A DNA stretch of 64,000 bases from Eledone cirrhosa. Its lineage: Eukaryota. The number at the start of each line of letters is the position of its first letter. Within the stretch, counting starts at the first letter, position 1. This document shows positions 39,101 through 52,699 of this stretch, piece after piece. The translations under genes were made by a program, and so were the position numbers. The stretch covers positions 309,070,001-309,134,000 of the forward strand of contig OZ024742.1 in NCBI GenBank assembly GCA_964016885.1. Direction: 5' to 3'. The notes beneath the pieces are model-generated. The model saw only the letters and a list, made by a program, of their open reading frames with translations, was not told the DNA's origin and searched no databases.

Positions 39101-42100
39101 CATACAACCAACATAGTTAAGCCAGCAACAACATGGTCGGGTAGACATACAACCAACATAGTTATGCCAGCAACAACAAGGTCGGGTAGACATACAACCA
39201 ACATAGTTAAGCCAGCAACAACATGGTCAGGTAGACATACAACCAACATAGTTAAGCCAGCAGCAACATGGTCAGGTAGACATACAACCAACATAGTTAT
39301 GCCAGCAACAACATGGTCGGGTAGACATACAACCAACATAGTTATGCCAGCAACAACATGGTCAGGTAGACATAAAACCAACATAGTTAAGCCAGCAACA
39401 ACATGGTCAGGTAGACATACAACCAACATAGTTAAGCCAACAACAACATGGTCAGGTAGACATACAACCAACATAGTTAAGCCAGCAACAACATGGTCGG
39501 GTAGACATACAACCAACATAGTTATGCCAGCAACAACATGGTCAGGTAGACATACAACCAACATAGTTATGCCAGCAACAACATGGTCAGGTAGACATAC
39601 AACCAACATAGTTAAGCCAACAACAACATGGTCGGGTAGACATACAACCAACATAGTTAAGCCAACAACAACATGGTCAGGTAGACATACAACCAACATA
39701 GTTAAGCCAGCAACAACATGGTCAGGTAGACATACAACTAACATAGTTAAGCCAGCAACAACATGGTCAGGTAGACATACAACCAACATAGTTAAGCCAG
39801 CAACAACATGGTCGGGTAGACATACAACCAACATAGTTAAGCCAACAACAACATGGTCAGGTAGACATACAACCAACATAGTTATGCCAGCAACAACATG
39901 GTCAGGTAGACATACAACCAACATAGTTAAGCCAGCAACAACATGGTCAGGTAGACATACAACCAACATAGTTAAGCCAGCAACAACATGGTCAGGTAGA
40001 CATACAACCAACATAGTTATGCCAGCAACAACATGGTCAGGTAGACATACAACCAACATAGTTAAGCCAACAACAACATGGTCAGGTAGACATACAACCA
40101 ACATAGTTATGCCAGCAACATGGTCAGGTAGACATACAACCAACATAGTTAAGCCAGCAACAACATGGTCAGGTAGACATACAACCAACATAGTTATGCC
40201 AGCAACAACATGGTCAGGTAGACATACAACCAACATAGTTAAGCCAGCAACAACATGGTCGGGTAGACATACAACCAACATAGTTAAGCCAGCAACAAGG
40301 ACAGGTGGGCTTACAACTAGCATAGATAAGCCAGCTATAACATGGTCTGGTAGACATACAACCAACATAGTTAAGCCAGCAACAACAATTGTCAGGTAGA
40401 CATACAACCAACATAGTTAAGCCAGCAACAACAATTGTCAGGTAGACATACAACCAACATAGTTAAGCCAGCAACAACATCGTCGGGTAGACATACAACC
40501 AACATAGTTAAGCCAGCAACAACATGGTCGGGTAGACATACAACCAACATAGTTAAGCCAGCAACAACATGGTCAGGTAGACATACAACCAACATAGTTA
40601 AGCCAGCAACAACATGGTCGGGTAGACATACAACCAACATAGTTATGTCAGCAACAACATGGTCAGGTAGACATACAACCAACATAGTTATGCCAGCAAC
40701 AACATGGTCGGGTAGACATACAACCAACATAGTTAAGCCAGCAACAACATGGTCAGGTAGACATACAACCAACATAGTTAAGCCAGCAACAACATGGTCG
40801 GGTAGACATACAACCAACATAGTTATGCCAGCAACAACATGGTCGGGTAGACATACAACCAACATAGTTAAGCCAGCAACAACATGGTCAGGTAGACATA
40901 CAACCAACATAGTTAAGCCAGCAACAACATGGTCAGGTAGACATACAACCAACATAGTTATGCCAGCAACAACATGGTCGGGTAGACATACAACCAACAT
41001 AGTTAAGCCAACAACAACATGGTCAGGTAGACATACAACCAACATAGTTAAGCCAGCAACAACATGGTCAGGTAGACATACAACCAACATAGTTATGCCA
41101 GCAACAACATGGTCGGGTAGACATACAACCAACATAGTTAAGCCAGCAACAACATGGTCAGGTAGACATACAACCAACATAGTTAAGCCAGCAACAACAT
41201 GGTCGGGTAGACATACAACCAACATAGTTATGCCAGCAACAACATGGTCGGGTAGACATACAACCAACATAGTTAAGCCAGCAACAACATGGTCAGGTAG
41301 ACATACAACCAACATAGTTAAGCCAGCAACAACATGGTCAGGTAGACATACAACCAACATAGTTATGCCAGCAACAACATGGTCGGGTAGACATACAACC
41401 AACATAGTTAAGCCAGCAACAACATGGTCAGGTAGACATACAACCAACATAGTTAAGCCAGCAACAACATGGTCGGGTAGACATACAACCAACATAGTTA
41501 TGCCAGCAACAACATGGTCGGGTAGACATACAACCAACATAGTTAAGCCAGCAACAACATGGTCAGGTAGACATACAACCAACATAGTTAAGCCAGCAAC
41601 AACATGGTCAGGTAGACATACAACCAACATAGTTATGCCAGCAACAACATGGTCGGGTAGACATACAACCAACATAGTTAAGCCAACAACAACATGGTCA
41701 GGTAGACATACAACCAACATAGTTAAGCCAGCAACAACATGGTCAGGTAGACATACAACCAACATAGTTATGCCAGCAACAACATGGTCGGGTAGACATA
41801 CAACCAACATAGTTAAGCCAGCAACAACATGGTCAGGTAGACATACAACCAACATAGTTAAGCCAGCAACAACATGGTCGGGTAGACATACAACCAACAT
41901 AGTTATGCCAGCAACAACATGGTCGGGTAGACATACAACCAACATAGTTAAGCCAGCAACAACATGGTCAGGTAGACATACAACCAACATAGTTAAGCCA
42001 GCAACAACATGGTCAGGTAGACATACAACCAACATAGTTATGCCAGCAACAACATGGTCGGGTAGACATACAACCAACATAGTTAAGCCAACAACAACAT

Positions 42101-45100
42101 GGTCAGGTAGACATACAACCAACATAGTTAAGCCAGCAACAACATGGTCAGGTAGACATACAACCAACATAGTTATGCCAGCAACAACATGGTCAGGTAG
42201 ACATACAACCAACATAGTTAAGCCAGCAACAACATGGTCAGGTAGACATACAACCAACATAGTTAAGCCAACAACAACATGGTCAGGTAGACATACAACC
42301 AACATAGTTAAGCCAGCAACAACATGGTCGGGTAGACATACAACCAACATAGTTATGCCAGCAACAACATGGTCAGGTAGACATACAACCAACATAGTTA
42401 TGCCAGCAACAACATGGTCAGGTAGACATACAACCAACATAGTTAAGCCAGCAACAACATGGTCAGGTAGACATACAACCAACATAGTTATGCCAGCAAC
42501 AACATGGTCGGGTAGACATACAACCAACATAGTTAAGCCAACAACAACATGGTCAGGTAGACATACAACCAACATAGTTAAGCCAGCAACAACATGGTCA
42601 GGTAGACATACAACCAACATAGTTATGCCAGCAACAACATGGTCAGGTAGACATACAACCAACATAGTTAAGCCAACAACAACATGGTCAGGTAGACATA
42701 CAACCAACATAGTTAAGCCAGCAACAACATGGTCGGGTAGACATACAACCAACATAGTTATGCCAGCAACAACATGGTCAGGTAGACATACAACCAACAT
42801 AGTTATGCCAGCAACAACATGGTCAGGTAGACATACAACCAACATAGTTAAGCCAACAACAACATGGTCAGGTAGACATACAACCAACATAGTTATGCCA
42901 ACAACAACATGGTCAGGTAGACATACAACCAACATAGTTAAGCCAGCAACAACATGGTCAGGTAGACATACAACCAACATAGTTATGCCAGCAACAACAT
43001 GGTCAGGTAGACATACAACCAACATAGTTAAGCCAGCAACAACATGGTCAGGTAGACATACAACCAACATAGTTAAGCCAGCAACAACATGGTCAGGTAG
43101 ACATACAACCAACATAGTTAAGCCAGCAACAACATGGTCAGGTAGACATACAACCAACATAGTTAAGCCAGCAACAACATGGTCGGGTAGACATACAACC
43201 AACATAGTTATGCCAGCAACAACATGGTCAGGTAGACATACAACCAACATAGTTATGCCAGCAACAACATGGTCGGGTAGACATACAACCAACATAGTTA
43301 TGCCAGCAACAACATGGTCAGGTAGACATACAACCAACATAGTTAAGCCAGCAACAACATGGTCGGGTAGACATACAACCAACATAGTTAAGCCAGCAAC
43401 AACATGGTCGGGTAGACATACAACCAACATAGTTAAGCCAGCAACAAGGACAGGTGGGCTTACAACTAGCATAGATAAGCCAGCTATAACATGGTCTGGT
43501 AGACATACAACCAACATAGTTAAGCCAGCAACAACATGGTCAGGTAGACATACAACCAACATAGTTAAGCCAGCAACAACATCGTCGGGTAGACATACAA
43601 CCAACATAGTTAAGCCAGCAACAACATGGTCGGGTAGACATACAACCAACATAGTTAAGCCAGCAACAACATGGTCAGGTAGACATACAACCAACATAGT
43701 TAAGCCAGCAACAACATGGTCGGGTAGACATACAACCAACATAGTTATGCCAGCAACAACATGGTCAGGTAGACATACAACCAACATAGTTATGCCAGCA
43801 ACAACATGGTCGGGTAGACATACAACCAACATAGTTAAGCCAGCAACAACATGGTCAGGTAGACATACAACCAACATAGTTAAGCCAGCCACAACATGGT
43901 CGGGTAGACATACAACCAACATAGTTATGCCAGCAACAACATGGTCGGGTAGACATACAACCAACATAGTTAAGCCAGCAACAACATGGTCAGGTAGACA
44001 TACAACCAACATAGTTATGCCAGCAACAACATGGTCGGGTAGACATACAACCAACATAGTTAAGCCAACAACAACATGGTCAGGTAGACATACAACCAAC
44101 ATAGTTAAGCCAGCAACAACATGGTCAGGTAGACATACAACCAACATAGTAATGCCAGCAACAACATGGTCAGGTAGACATACAACCAACATAGTTAAGC
44201 CAACAACAACATGGTCAGGTAGACATACAACCAACATAGTTAAGCCAGCAACAACATGGTCGGGTAGACATACAACCAACATAGTTATGCCAGCAACAAC
44301 ATGGTCAGGTAGACATACAACCAACATAGTTATGCCAGCAACAACATGGTCAGGTAGACATACAACCAACATAGTTAAGCCAACAACAACATGGTCAGGT
44401 AGACATACAACCAACATAGTTATGCCAACAACAACATGGTCAGGTAGACATACAACCAACATAGTTAAGCCAGCAACAACATGGTCAGGTAGACATACAA
44501 CCAACATAGTTATGCCAGCAACAACATGGTCAGGTAGACATACAACCAACATAGTTAAGCCAACAACAACATGGTCAGGTAGACATACAACCAACATAGT
44601 TAAGCCAGCAACAACATGGTCGGGTAGACATACAACCAACATAGTTAAGCCAGCAACAACATGGTCAGGTAGACATACAACCAACATAGTTAAGACAGCA
44701 ACAACATGGTCGGGTAGACATACAACCAACATAGTTATGCCAGCAACAACATGGTCGGGTAGACATACAACCAACATAGTTAAGCCAGCAACAACATGGT
44801 CGGGTAGACATACAACCAACATAGTTAAGCCAGCAACAACATGGTCAGGTAGACATACAACCAACATAGTTATGCCAGCAACAACATGGTCAGGTAGACA
44901 TACAACCAACATAGTTATGCCAGCAACAACATGGTCAGGTAGACATACAACCAACATAGTTAAGCCAGCAACAACATGGTCAGGTAGACATACAACCAAC
45001 ATAGTTAAGCCAGCAACAACATGGTCAGGTAGACATACAACCAACATAGTTAAGCCAGCAACAACATGGTCGGGTAGACATACAACCAACATAGTTAAGC

Positions 45101-46660
45101 CAACAACAACATGGTCAGGTAGACATACAACCAACATAGTTATGCCAGCAACAACATGGTCAGGTAGACATACAACCAACATAGTTAAGCCAGCAACAAC
45201 ATGGTCAGGTAGACATACAACCAACATAGTTAAGCCAGCAACAACATGGTCAGGTAGACATACAACCAACATAGTTATGCCAGCAACAACATGGTCAGGT
45301 AGACATACAACCAACATAGTTAAGCCAACAACAACATGGTCAGGTAGACATACAACCAACATAGTTATGCCAGCAACAACATGGTCGGGTAGACATACAA
45401 CCAACATAGTTATGCCAGCAACATGGTCAGGTAGACATACAACCAACATAGTTAAGCCAGCAACAACATGGTCAGGTAGACATACAACCAACATAGTTAT
45501 GCCAGCAACAACATGGTCAGGTAGACATACAACCAACATAGTTAAGCCAGCAACAACATGGTCAGGTAGACATACAACCAACATAGTTAAGCCAGCAACA
45601 ACATGGTCAGGTAGACATACAACCAACATAGTTAAGCCAGCAACAACATGGTCAGGTAGACATACAACCAACATAGTTAAGCCAGCAACAACATGGTCAG
45701 GTAGACATACAACCAACATAGTTATGCCAGCAACAACATGGTCGGGTAGACATACAACCAACATAGTTAAGCCAGCAACAACATGGTCAGGTAGACATAC
45801 AACCAACATAGTTAAGCCAGCAACAACATGGTCGGGTAGACATACAACCAACATAGTTAAGCCAGCAACAACATGGTCAGGTAGACATACAACCAACATA
45901 GTTATGCCAGCAACAACATGGTCAGGTAGACATACAACCAACATAGTTATGCCAGCAACAACATGGTCAGGTAGACATACAACCAACATAGTTAAGCCAG
46001 CAACAACATGGTCAGGTAGACATACAACCAACATAGTTATGCCAGCAACAACATGGTCAGGTAGACATACAACCAACATAGTGATGCCAGCAACAACATG
46101 GTCGGGTAGACATACAACCAACATAGTTAAGCCAGCAACAACATGGTCAGGTAGACATACAACCAACATAGTTATGCCAGCAACAACATGGTCAGGTAAA
46201 CATACAACCAACATAGTTATGCCAGCAACAACATGGTCAGGTAGACATACAACCAACATAGTTATGCCAGCAACAACATGGTCGGGTAGACATACAACCA
46301 ACATAGTTAAGCCAGCAACAACATGGTCGGGTAGACATACAACCAACATAGTTAAGCCAGCAACAAGGACAGGTGGGCTTACAACTAGCATAGATAAGCC
46401 AGCTATAACATGGTCTGGTAAAGTTAAACCAACATAGTTAAGCCAGCAACAACTTGGGTAGGTAAACATACACTCAGCATCATTAAACCATCAATACTAT
46501 GGACAGATAGGCCTAAAACCAATACGATTAAGCCATCAATACTATGGACAGGTAGCCCTACAAACAACACAGATAGGATAGCAACAATATGAACAAGTAG
46601 CCTTACAACCAACATAGTTAGGCTGGTAACAAGATGGTGAGGCTTTCATCCAACAATAGA
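36120..46660. repeat. 45-bp minisatellite, ~230 units (ACAACCAACATAGTTAAGCCAGCAACAACATGGTCAGGTAGACAT), inside PP2C intron 34481-47497; degenerate units from ~46440
   Basis: Directly visible tandem array with a few recurrent SNP variants and five copies of a divergent two-unit block. Confidence 0.98.
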
Positions 46661-46708
46661 TCAACAGTTAAATGTAGACTGATACACTAGCTGTCACAGT
46701 TTAACTAA

Positions 46709-47100
46709 ATAACTGTTTCTATTTTAAGCACAAGGCCAGCAATTACCCAGTACATTACTGATACTTTATTTTATTGACCCCATAAGGATGAAAGGCAAAG
46801 TTAACCTCGGCAGGATTTGAACTCAGATCGTAAAGGGACGTAATTATGCTGGAAAGCATGTCCGACCCTCTACCAATACTGCCAATTCACCGCCCTATAG
46901 TTTAACTAAATAACACTAATAGCACAGGCGACATTGACATACAGCTGATGAATTAACAGAGTCATTAGAATATCAGAGAGAATACTTTGAAGTATTCATT
47001 CTGGCCCCCTGAGCTTTTAGTTCAAGCCCTGCTGCAGTCAACCTTGCCTTTTATCCCTTCGAAGTCTTAAAAGAAGTATCAATCCAGTATTGGGTGTTGA
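46709..47100. mobile_element. SINE family 2 copies head-to-head (46709-46896 minus; ~46945-47100 plus, decayed)
   Basis: Same Nin/Deu-like block in opposite orientations. Confidence 0.7.
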
Positions 47101-47497
47101 TTTTTATTATACATATATTTCTTACTTCCTCTCTATCATTCTATCTTTCTTTCTCTGGAAGAAATTGGCTGTGTTCAAATCTAGAGGTTTAATTCAACTG
47201 TGTGGCATCATGGGCAAGTGTCATTTATCATAGCCCAGGTCAACCCACACTTTGTGAGTGAATCAGAGTAGACATAAAATGTTTGGAATAACTGCACCTG
47301 TAATTCAAAAGGCCAGCTTTGTCACACACTGTGTCACATAATCTCCTTCAGAATTATATTTAGAGTGCACATGTTTGTGGAATGCTCAACCACTTACATT
47401 TCATGAGCATAATGTTCCATTGATCAAACAACTGGAACACTCATCATCAGAACCAACAAAGGTCTGTGTGTGTGCATGTGCATATGTGTGCATTTAC

Positions 47498-47563
47498 CTT
47501 TCAGCATTTCGGTATCTAATTGCAAAAATCCTTGCCGTAAAGCCTCTGCAATGTTTCCCCGAC
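47498..47563 (-). CDS. PP2C exon: (C)RGNIAEALRQGFLQLDTEMLK(D)
   Basis: Read manually. Acceptor ttttctttcatAG, donor AAG|GTAAAT; 66 bp, phase 1-1; GFLxLD motif. Confidence 0.93.
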
Positions 47564-48177
47564 CTATGAAAGAAAATTAACATTAGAAATTTTAAGTTGT
47601 TTTAAAGTAAAATATTAGACATTATACAAATAAATATGATGGAGGGAAAAGAGAAACAGGTCCATATTACAGAGCATTAGCAGTGTAATCAATACTAGGG
47701 TCACTAGTGGAAAATGATAGATTTATTATTGTACCTGTTACTGAATCTCAGGCTCATTTTTTTTTCTATCTCAAACTGGTTCTTATAATGTCTAATATCA
47801 GTACAGTATAGTGTAGTAGCATAGTGTGAAATACAGTGTAGTAGTATAGTGTGTAGTATGTAGATACTGTAGTATTATAGAGTGTGGAAATATTATCAAA
47901 CAATTTTTTTCAAGATGGTTCTTATTGTTGGTAGCTCACCATAATGAGGTGATGTGCATGTCAGTGCTTGGTTATTCTATCATCTTAGCCTCATAAACCC
48001 ACAGCAATGCTGCAAGTGTCTTGTTGTCTTGCCTCAAAAATTATTTGAGGGGAACTCCAGCACCTTTTCTGACATGATTGAGTGTGGCATGTTTTCTCCT
48101 GCTTTTTTTCTCTAATTTTGAAATATATATTGTGTTTGTATATAAATAAAATACTTTGTGTCAGCATAAATACTTAC

Positions 48178-48243
48178 AGTAGTATTCACTGTTTATTATT
48201 CTTTTGTGCAGGTTATTCCCCGCATACTGAGCAACTTTAGCCC
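48178..48243 (-). CDS. PP2C exon: (G)AKVAQYAGNNLHKRIINSEYY(C)
   Basis: Not in the ORF track; read manually. Acceptor tttcaatAAG, donor GTAAGT; 66 bp, phase 1-1; typical helix following DGHGG. Confidence 0.93.
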
Positions 48244-48564
48244 CTTATTGAAAGAATAAAATAGAAAAAAATATTTAAGTCATATTAAAAAAATAATTAG
48301 GTAGATAATTATTAAATTAAAATAATAATAGCGAATAGGAATCAATAAAATTTTAATAAAAAGAAATACACATCCAAGAGCATTTTTTGCTAATTTTATT
48401 AATTTATTTAATTTATCAAGTAACTTTAAACCAAAAGTAAAAACAGGAGAGAGGAGGGAGAGAGAGAGAAAGTGAGAAACAGATTTGAGGAGAGATGATG
48501 GGAAAGAAAGATAGAGTGAGTAAAACAAAATGAAAGAGGAGGGAAAATAAGAAAAGTGAAAGAT

Positions 48565-48850
48565 GTTACAGATGTATTAAAACCAGTGACATGTGAAAGG
48601 TGTAGTGTTACAGATGTATTGAGACCAATGACATATGAAAGCAGTAAAGTTACAAATGTATTGAGACCAATGACATATGAAAGCGGTAATGTTACAAATG
48701 AAGTAAAACCAGTGTCATTTTAAACAGGTAATGTTACAGATGTTTTTGAAACCAATGACATGTGAAAATTGTACTGCTACAGATGTATTGAGACTAGTAA
48801 CATCTGAAACATTTAGTGTTACAGATGTATTGAACCAAGAAACATGTGAA
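48565..48850. repeat. Degenerate 42-bp tandem repeat, ~7 units (GTTACAGATGTATTGAGACCAATGACATATGAAA...)
   Basis: Unit starts at 48565, 48607, 48649, 48691 and 48733. Confidence 0.85.
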
Positions 48851-49869
48851 ATTTGATGTGTCCAAGGGAACAATAATGGATCTCAATAATGGAAACATCA
48901 AATTTATCCATTCCCTTACCAATAGTTTTTATTATATTAGTAACATAAACTAATGATGTTGTGCTGGTGGTTGTGTGATCATAGCATCCCGTAATCAGAA
49001 ATACCACAGAAATATGTATCACAGCTGATTATAAATTTTCCTGTCCCATATTGGTATGTAGTTATTTCTTCTTGTTTTGTTTTGTGTGGGTTTTTTTTTT
49101 TTTGTCAAACATCCGTTGTGTTTTCATCCTAAATAGCTATCCATGGATAACTCTGTGGTTTCTATTGATGCACTGGTGGTGAATAGTCCTTTCTTAAAAA
49201 GCATCTGAAACTATAATGATCCCTAAAAAGTCAGCGGATAAATGGGAATTGTCCATGTACTTCTCTCTTCTGCATTTTCTGTTTCCTATATTTCTCTGGG
49301 TACTATTCATTGTGACACCAGCAATACCACTTTATAGTGCAGGCTGGGGTCTATTTATTGTAACACCTTTCAGCACTAGAGTGTTAATTGCTTAGTATTG
49401 TATAAAACGAGTGAGATGTTTTGCTTTGTTTTTGTAGTTGCTGTGGGATATTGAGGGAACGATTGCTTTTATAACTGAATGACCAGTACTTTTTTCTGTT
49501 TACCACAAAACTTGATATGGGACAGAAATCTTTTGTTAAATAGAGGTGAACTGTTTTATAGTTTTTTTATTACATTCAGCCTGAATGCATAAGAGCATAA
49601 ATAGAAAACACACACACATTATGTATGTATTATTGGTTAATATGTTTACTTGGTATTGCTCTGATTATAAAAAAAAACATGTTTTACAAGTAGAGATTAA
49701 ATGATTGAAGCACGTAACCATCTGCAAATAAATAGACTTATGTCTTTTCTCCATACACAAATCTACTTACCATAAATAAATAAATATATATATATATATA
49801 TATAAGAAATTTTATGAAAATATTAGAAGCTTAATCAAAATTTTTCAACTATTCAAAAATAGTCTAAAT

Positions 49870-50747
49870 CAGTGCTTCTCAAACTATCTGATGTGGCGGA
49901 CCGGCATTTTTTTTTCAATGTGCCACGTACCGCTAATATTTCGTAGTAATATTAATTTATACCGGAAACGATATATATAATGAATATAATAAAAGTTAAC
50001 CATTTTTTTATCTTCTATTTATTTTGTAAACAATAATACAATATCAAAACATATTAAAAAAGTAATAAAAAAAAATAACAAGCAGCTTATTAACACAAAA
50101 ATAAAAAATTATATAACCTTAATCTTTACTAGTGTAAAAGGTGAGCCTGCTTCTTTTTTTTTTACTGTTAAAATTAATCAGTCTATTTTACTGTTTTTTT
50201 ACTGTTAAGAATTAATCAGGCTATTTTAAGCGTGAGAAAACCTTTACATTAAGGGAAGAAATAATTTATTTGAGGATACGGGCCGAAGTAAAGGGAGCAT
50301 GGTTTTGAAGGGAGACTAAAGTATCATTCGGCGGCATTACAATATCACAAATATACTACATTTACTTACATAATTTCTACCACAGCCGGTAAGTACCACG
50401 CGTCACCACCGGCCAACTGATAAGTTGTTTACTTACTGCTGTAGGTCGTTTAGTCACCGAAACTGATGCTGCACGGTCCATTTTCTGTTATTTGACTTTC
50501 TTCATAGAAAACTGATATATTATCAACTTATATTTTTACTATCAGGTTAATTTACCTATTATTGTCATATAATTTTCACCCCCAGTTTTCATTGCATCAG
50601 GACAAATTACTGAAACTAGCAGTCACAGCCTAAAATTTCCTTGAAATTCCTTAGATTTTACCAATTCCTCAAATGATTCCTTAGCATTGCCTCGACACTG
50701 ACCGCATACCGATACTGGTCCGCGGACCACCACTTTGAGTAGCACTG
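49870..50747 (-). mobile_element. Non-autonomous hAT (Charlie/Buster-type) element, 878 bp
   Basis: TIRs CAGTGCTTCTCAAA / TTTGAGTAGCACTG; perfect 8-bp TSD GTCTAAAT (49862-49869, 50748-50755); residual transposase C-terminus KQAHLLH* on minus at ~50129-50153. Confidence 0.92.
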
Positions 50748-50849
50748 GTCTAAATAATAGAGTATATAAGCCCTCTTAACAGAATAAAAATTGGACATTA
50801 GTAAGAACTGCAGGACTCAGACCCACACCTTCATGTGTGTGTGAAAAAT

Positions 50850-50999
50850 CCTCATCTGAAGAAAATATGCATGAGTAGATCCAGAGTGAAAACGATAATC
50901 ATCATTTTTTTCGACAGTTGTGGTATTGTCAACAAAGATTTTTTACCTACAGGACAGACAGTTAATTGCACCTTCTACAAAGATGTTTTGGAACTACTG
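50850..50999 (+). mobile_element. mariner transposase fragment
   Basis: PHLKKICMSRSRVKTIIIIFFDSCGIVNKDFLPTGQTVNCTFYKDVLELL matches the mariner catalytic-domain segment (K.M..VFFD..G......P.GQTVN...Y..VL..L). Confidence 0.8.
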
Positions 51000-51159
51000 G
51001 TTGCACCAGTCATGGGAACATGATGATGATCCATTATAGATACCAACCTACACTCGACCACTTCTAGTTTTAGTATACAACGCCTCCCATTTTAAAGTGT
51101 TCATATTCATTAGAAATAATGGTGTATGGAATTGATATTTAACTACTTTTTTTATAGAA

Positions 51160-51645
51160 TCAGTAGAGTAATGGACAAAATGCTTTGCAGCATTTAGTTA
51201 GAGCCCTTTACATTCTAAGTTCAAATCCTGCTGAGGTCAACTTTGCCTTCCATGCTTTTGGGCTCAATAAAATAGAGTACCAGTAGAGTATTGGGATCAA
51301 TGTGATTGATTTTCCCCTCTCCACAAATTGCTGGTATTGTGCCTAAATTAGAAATCATTATTAGATTGTTTTTAAAGTATATTTACATACATTTTTTTCT
51401 ATATATCTTAATCCAATTGATCTAATAATGGTTTCTGATTTAGGCATAAGGCCAACAATTTTGGGGGAGGGGCAAGTTGATTGTATCAACCCCAGTGCAT
51501 TACCGATATTTTATTTTATCAACCCCATAAGGGTGAAAGACAAAGCTAACTTTGGCGGGATTTGAATTCAAAATATAATGGGACATAACTATATGCTGCA
51601 AAGTAAGTTATCTAACGCTCTACTGATACTGCCAATTCACACCCT
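51160..51645. mobile_element. SINE family 2 copies tail-to-tail (51160-51362 plus; 51424-51645 minus); other copies at ~20880-21045, 29190-29298 and 31033-31131
   Basis: Same family blocks, inverted and about 60 bp apart. Confidence 0.8.
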
Positions 51646-51890
51646 AATTGATCTAATAATGAAAATATTTCTGGCCTTCTAAGGTAATGAATGAAATTAT
51701 GACTAATTGAACTCTAATTTATTTACAAAATTCCAAATATAATGTGCAGCCTTAGTAGATTGCAGTTTACAATATTTGTAATCCAACTAGTTTCTACTGT
51801 ATGTGTATATTAAGATTTTTTTTTATCTCTAGCTTTCAAATCTAATAAAATACAAGAGAGAGAGAGAGAGAGAGAGAAAGTAATTGAAGA

Positions 51891-52015
51891 AAGGAAGAGT
51901 AAGTGTGGAGAAAGAAAGGAAGAGTAAGTGTGGAGAAAGAAAGGAAGAGTAAGTGTGGAGAAAGAAAGGAAGAGTAAATGTGGAGAAAGAAAGGAAGAGT
52001 AAGTGTGGAGAAGGA
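51891..52015. repeat. 25-bp purine-rich tandem repeat x5 (AAGGAAGAGTAAGTGTGGAGAAAGA)
   Basis: Directly visible. Confidence 0.9.
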
Positions 52016-52259
52016 AAGTCAGAGATAAGCTAAGGGAAGAGAGAAAGTATGAGAGATGGTGAAGGGGGATAAAAAATGAAAGGCAGAATAAGAACGATAT
52101 TTCCATTTACAGCATTATACAATATAATAGTTATATTTTTCAAAGGCATCTAATATTTTATAATATAGCACAGATTGAAGATAAAAATCAAATAGACATT
52201 TCATAATTTTATACAGGTTGTAGTATAGATTATTAACCAGATTACATCATCATTCTCAT

Positions 52260-52489
52260 TTAACCCTTTAGCATTTTAACCGGCCATATCTGGCCAGAAT
52301 TATCTCACCTCTTTCTGTTCAAACCAGCTGTAACTAGTCACTCATATTGATGTTGAGGTATCGTTCTCAAAATAATATAACATCAAAATCTCTTAGATTC
52401 AATATTATGTGAGATAATTATATGAGATAAAGTCTTTACCATGAAAATACAATTGTATATATAGAGTAATATAAATGTTAAAGGGTTAA
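52260..52489 (+). mobile_element. TTAA MITE, orientation A
   Basis: TTAACCCTTTAGCATTT ... AAAGGGTTAA. Confidence 0.85.
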
Positions 52490-52699
52490 TGAATGTCTGC
52501 AAGGGTTGGAAAGGTCTACATAGACCAAGTCTGTAGTGAAGTGGGGTTTCTGATCTCCCAGACAGGAGGAAGAGTTTGCAACTCATTTACATACAGTCAG
52601 CAGAAAATATCTCAAACCAAGTTTGTTAATTCAAATATTTAGTACCTTTACAGACAATCATTGTGGAAAGTTGCAGTAAACTAAAGTAAAGACTAATAT

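Noticed and set aside
36120-46460. CRISPR-like array
   Set aside because: Head-to-tail units without unique spacers, no cas genes, eukaryotic context.
36074-46469. Giant ORFs (up to 2025 aa) on both strands: mucin-like PATTWSGRHTTNIVK and hydrophobic VVAGLTMLVVCLPDH repeats
   Set aside because: They result from a 45-bp unit that is stop-free in those frames. The array has frame-breaking indels (a 20-nt unit at ~37050, +1 units at ~40388 and ~40434), has no unique N- or C-terminal domain, and lies inside a PP2C intron whose flanking exons join in phase.
47939-48100. Possible cryptic exon between the two 66-bp PP2C exons (AG...ATG|GTGAGC)
   Set aside because: No PP2C similarity and a weak pyrimidine tract; the flanking exons already join in frame.
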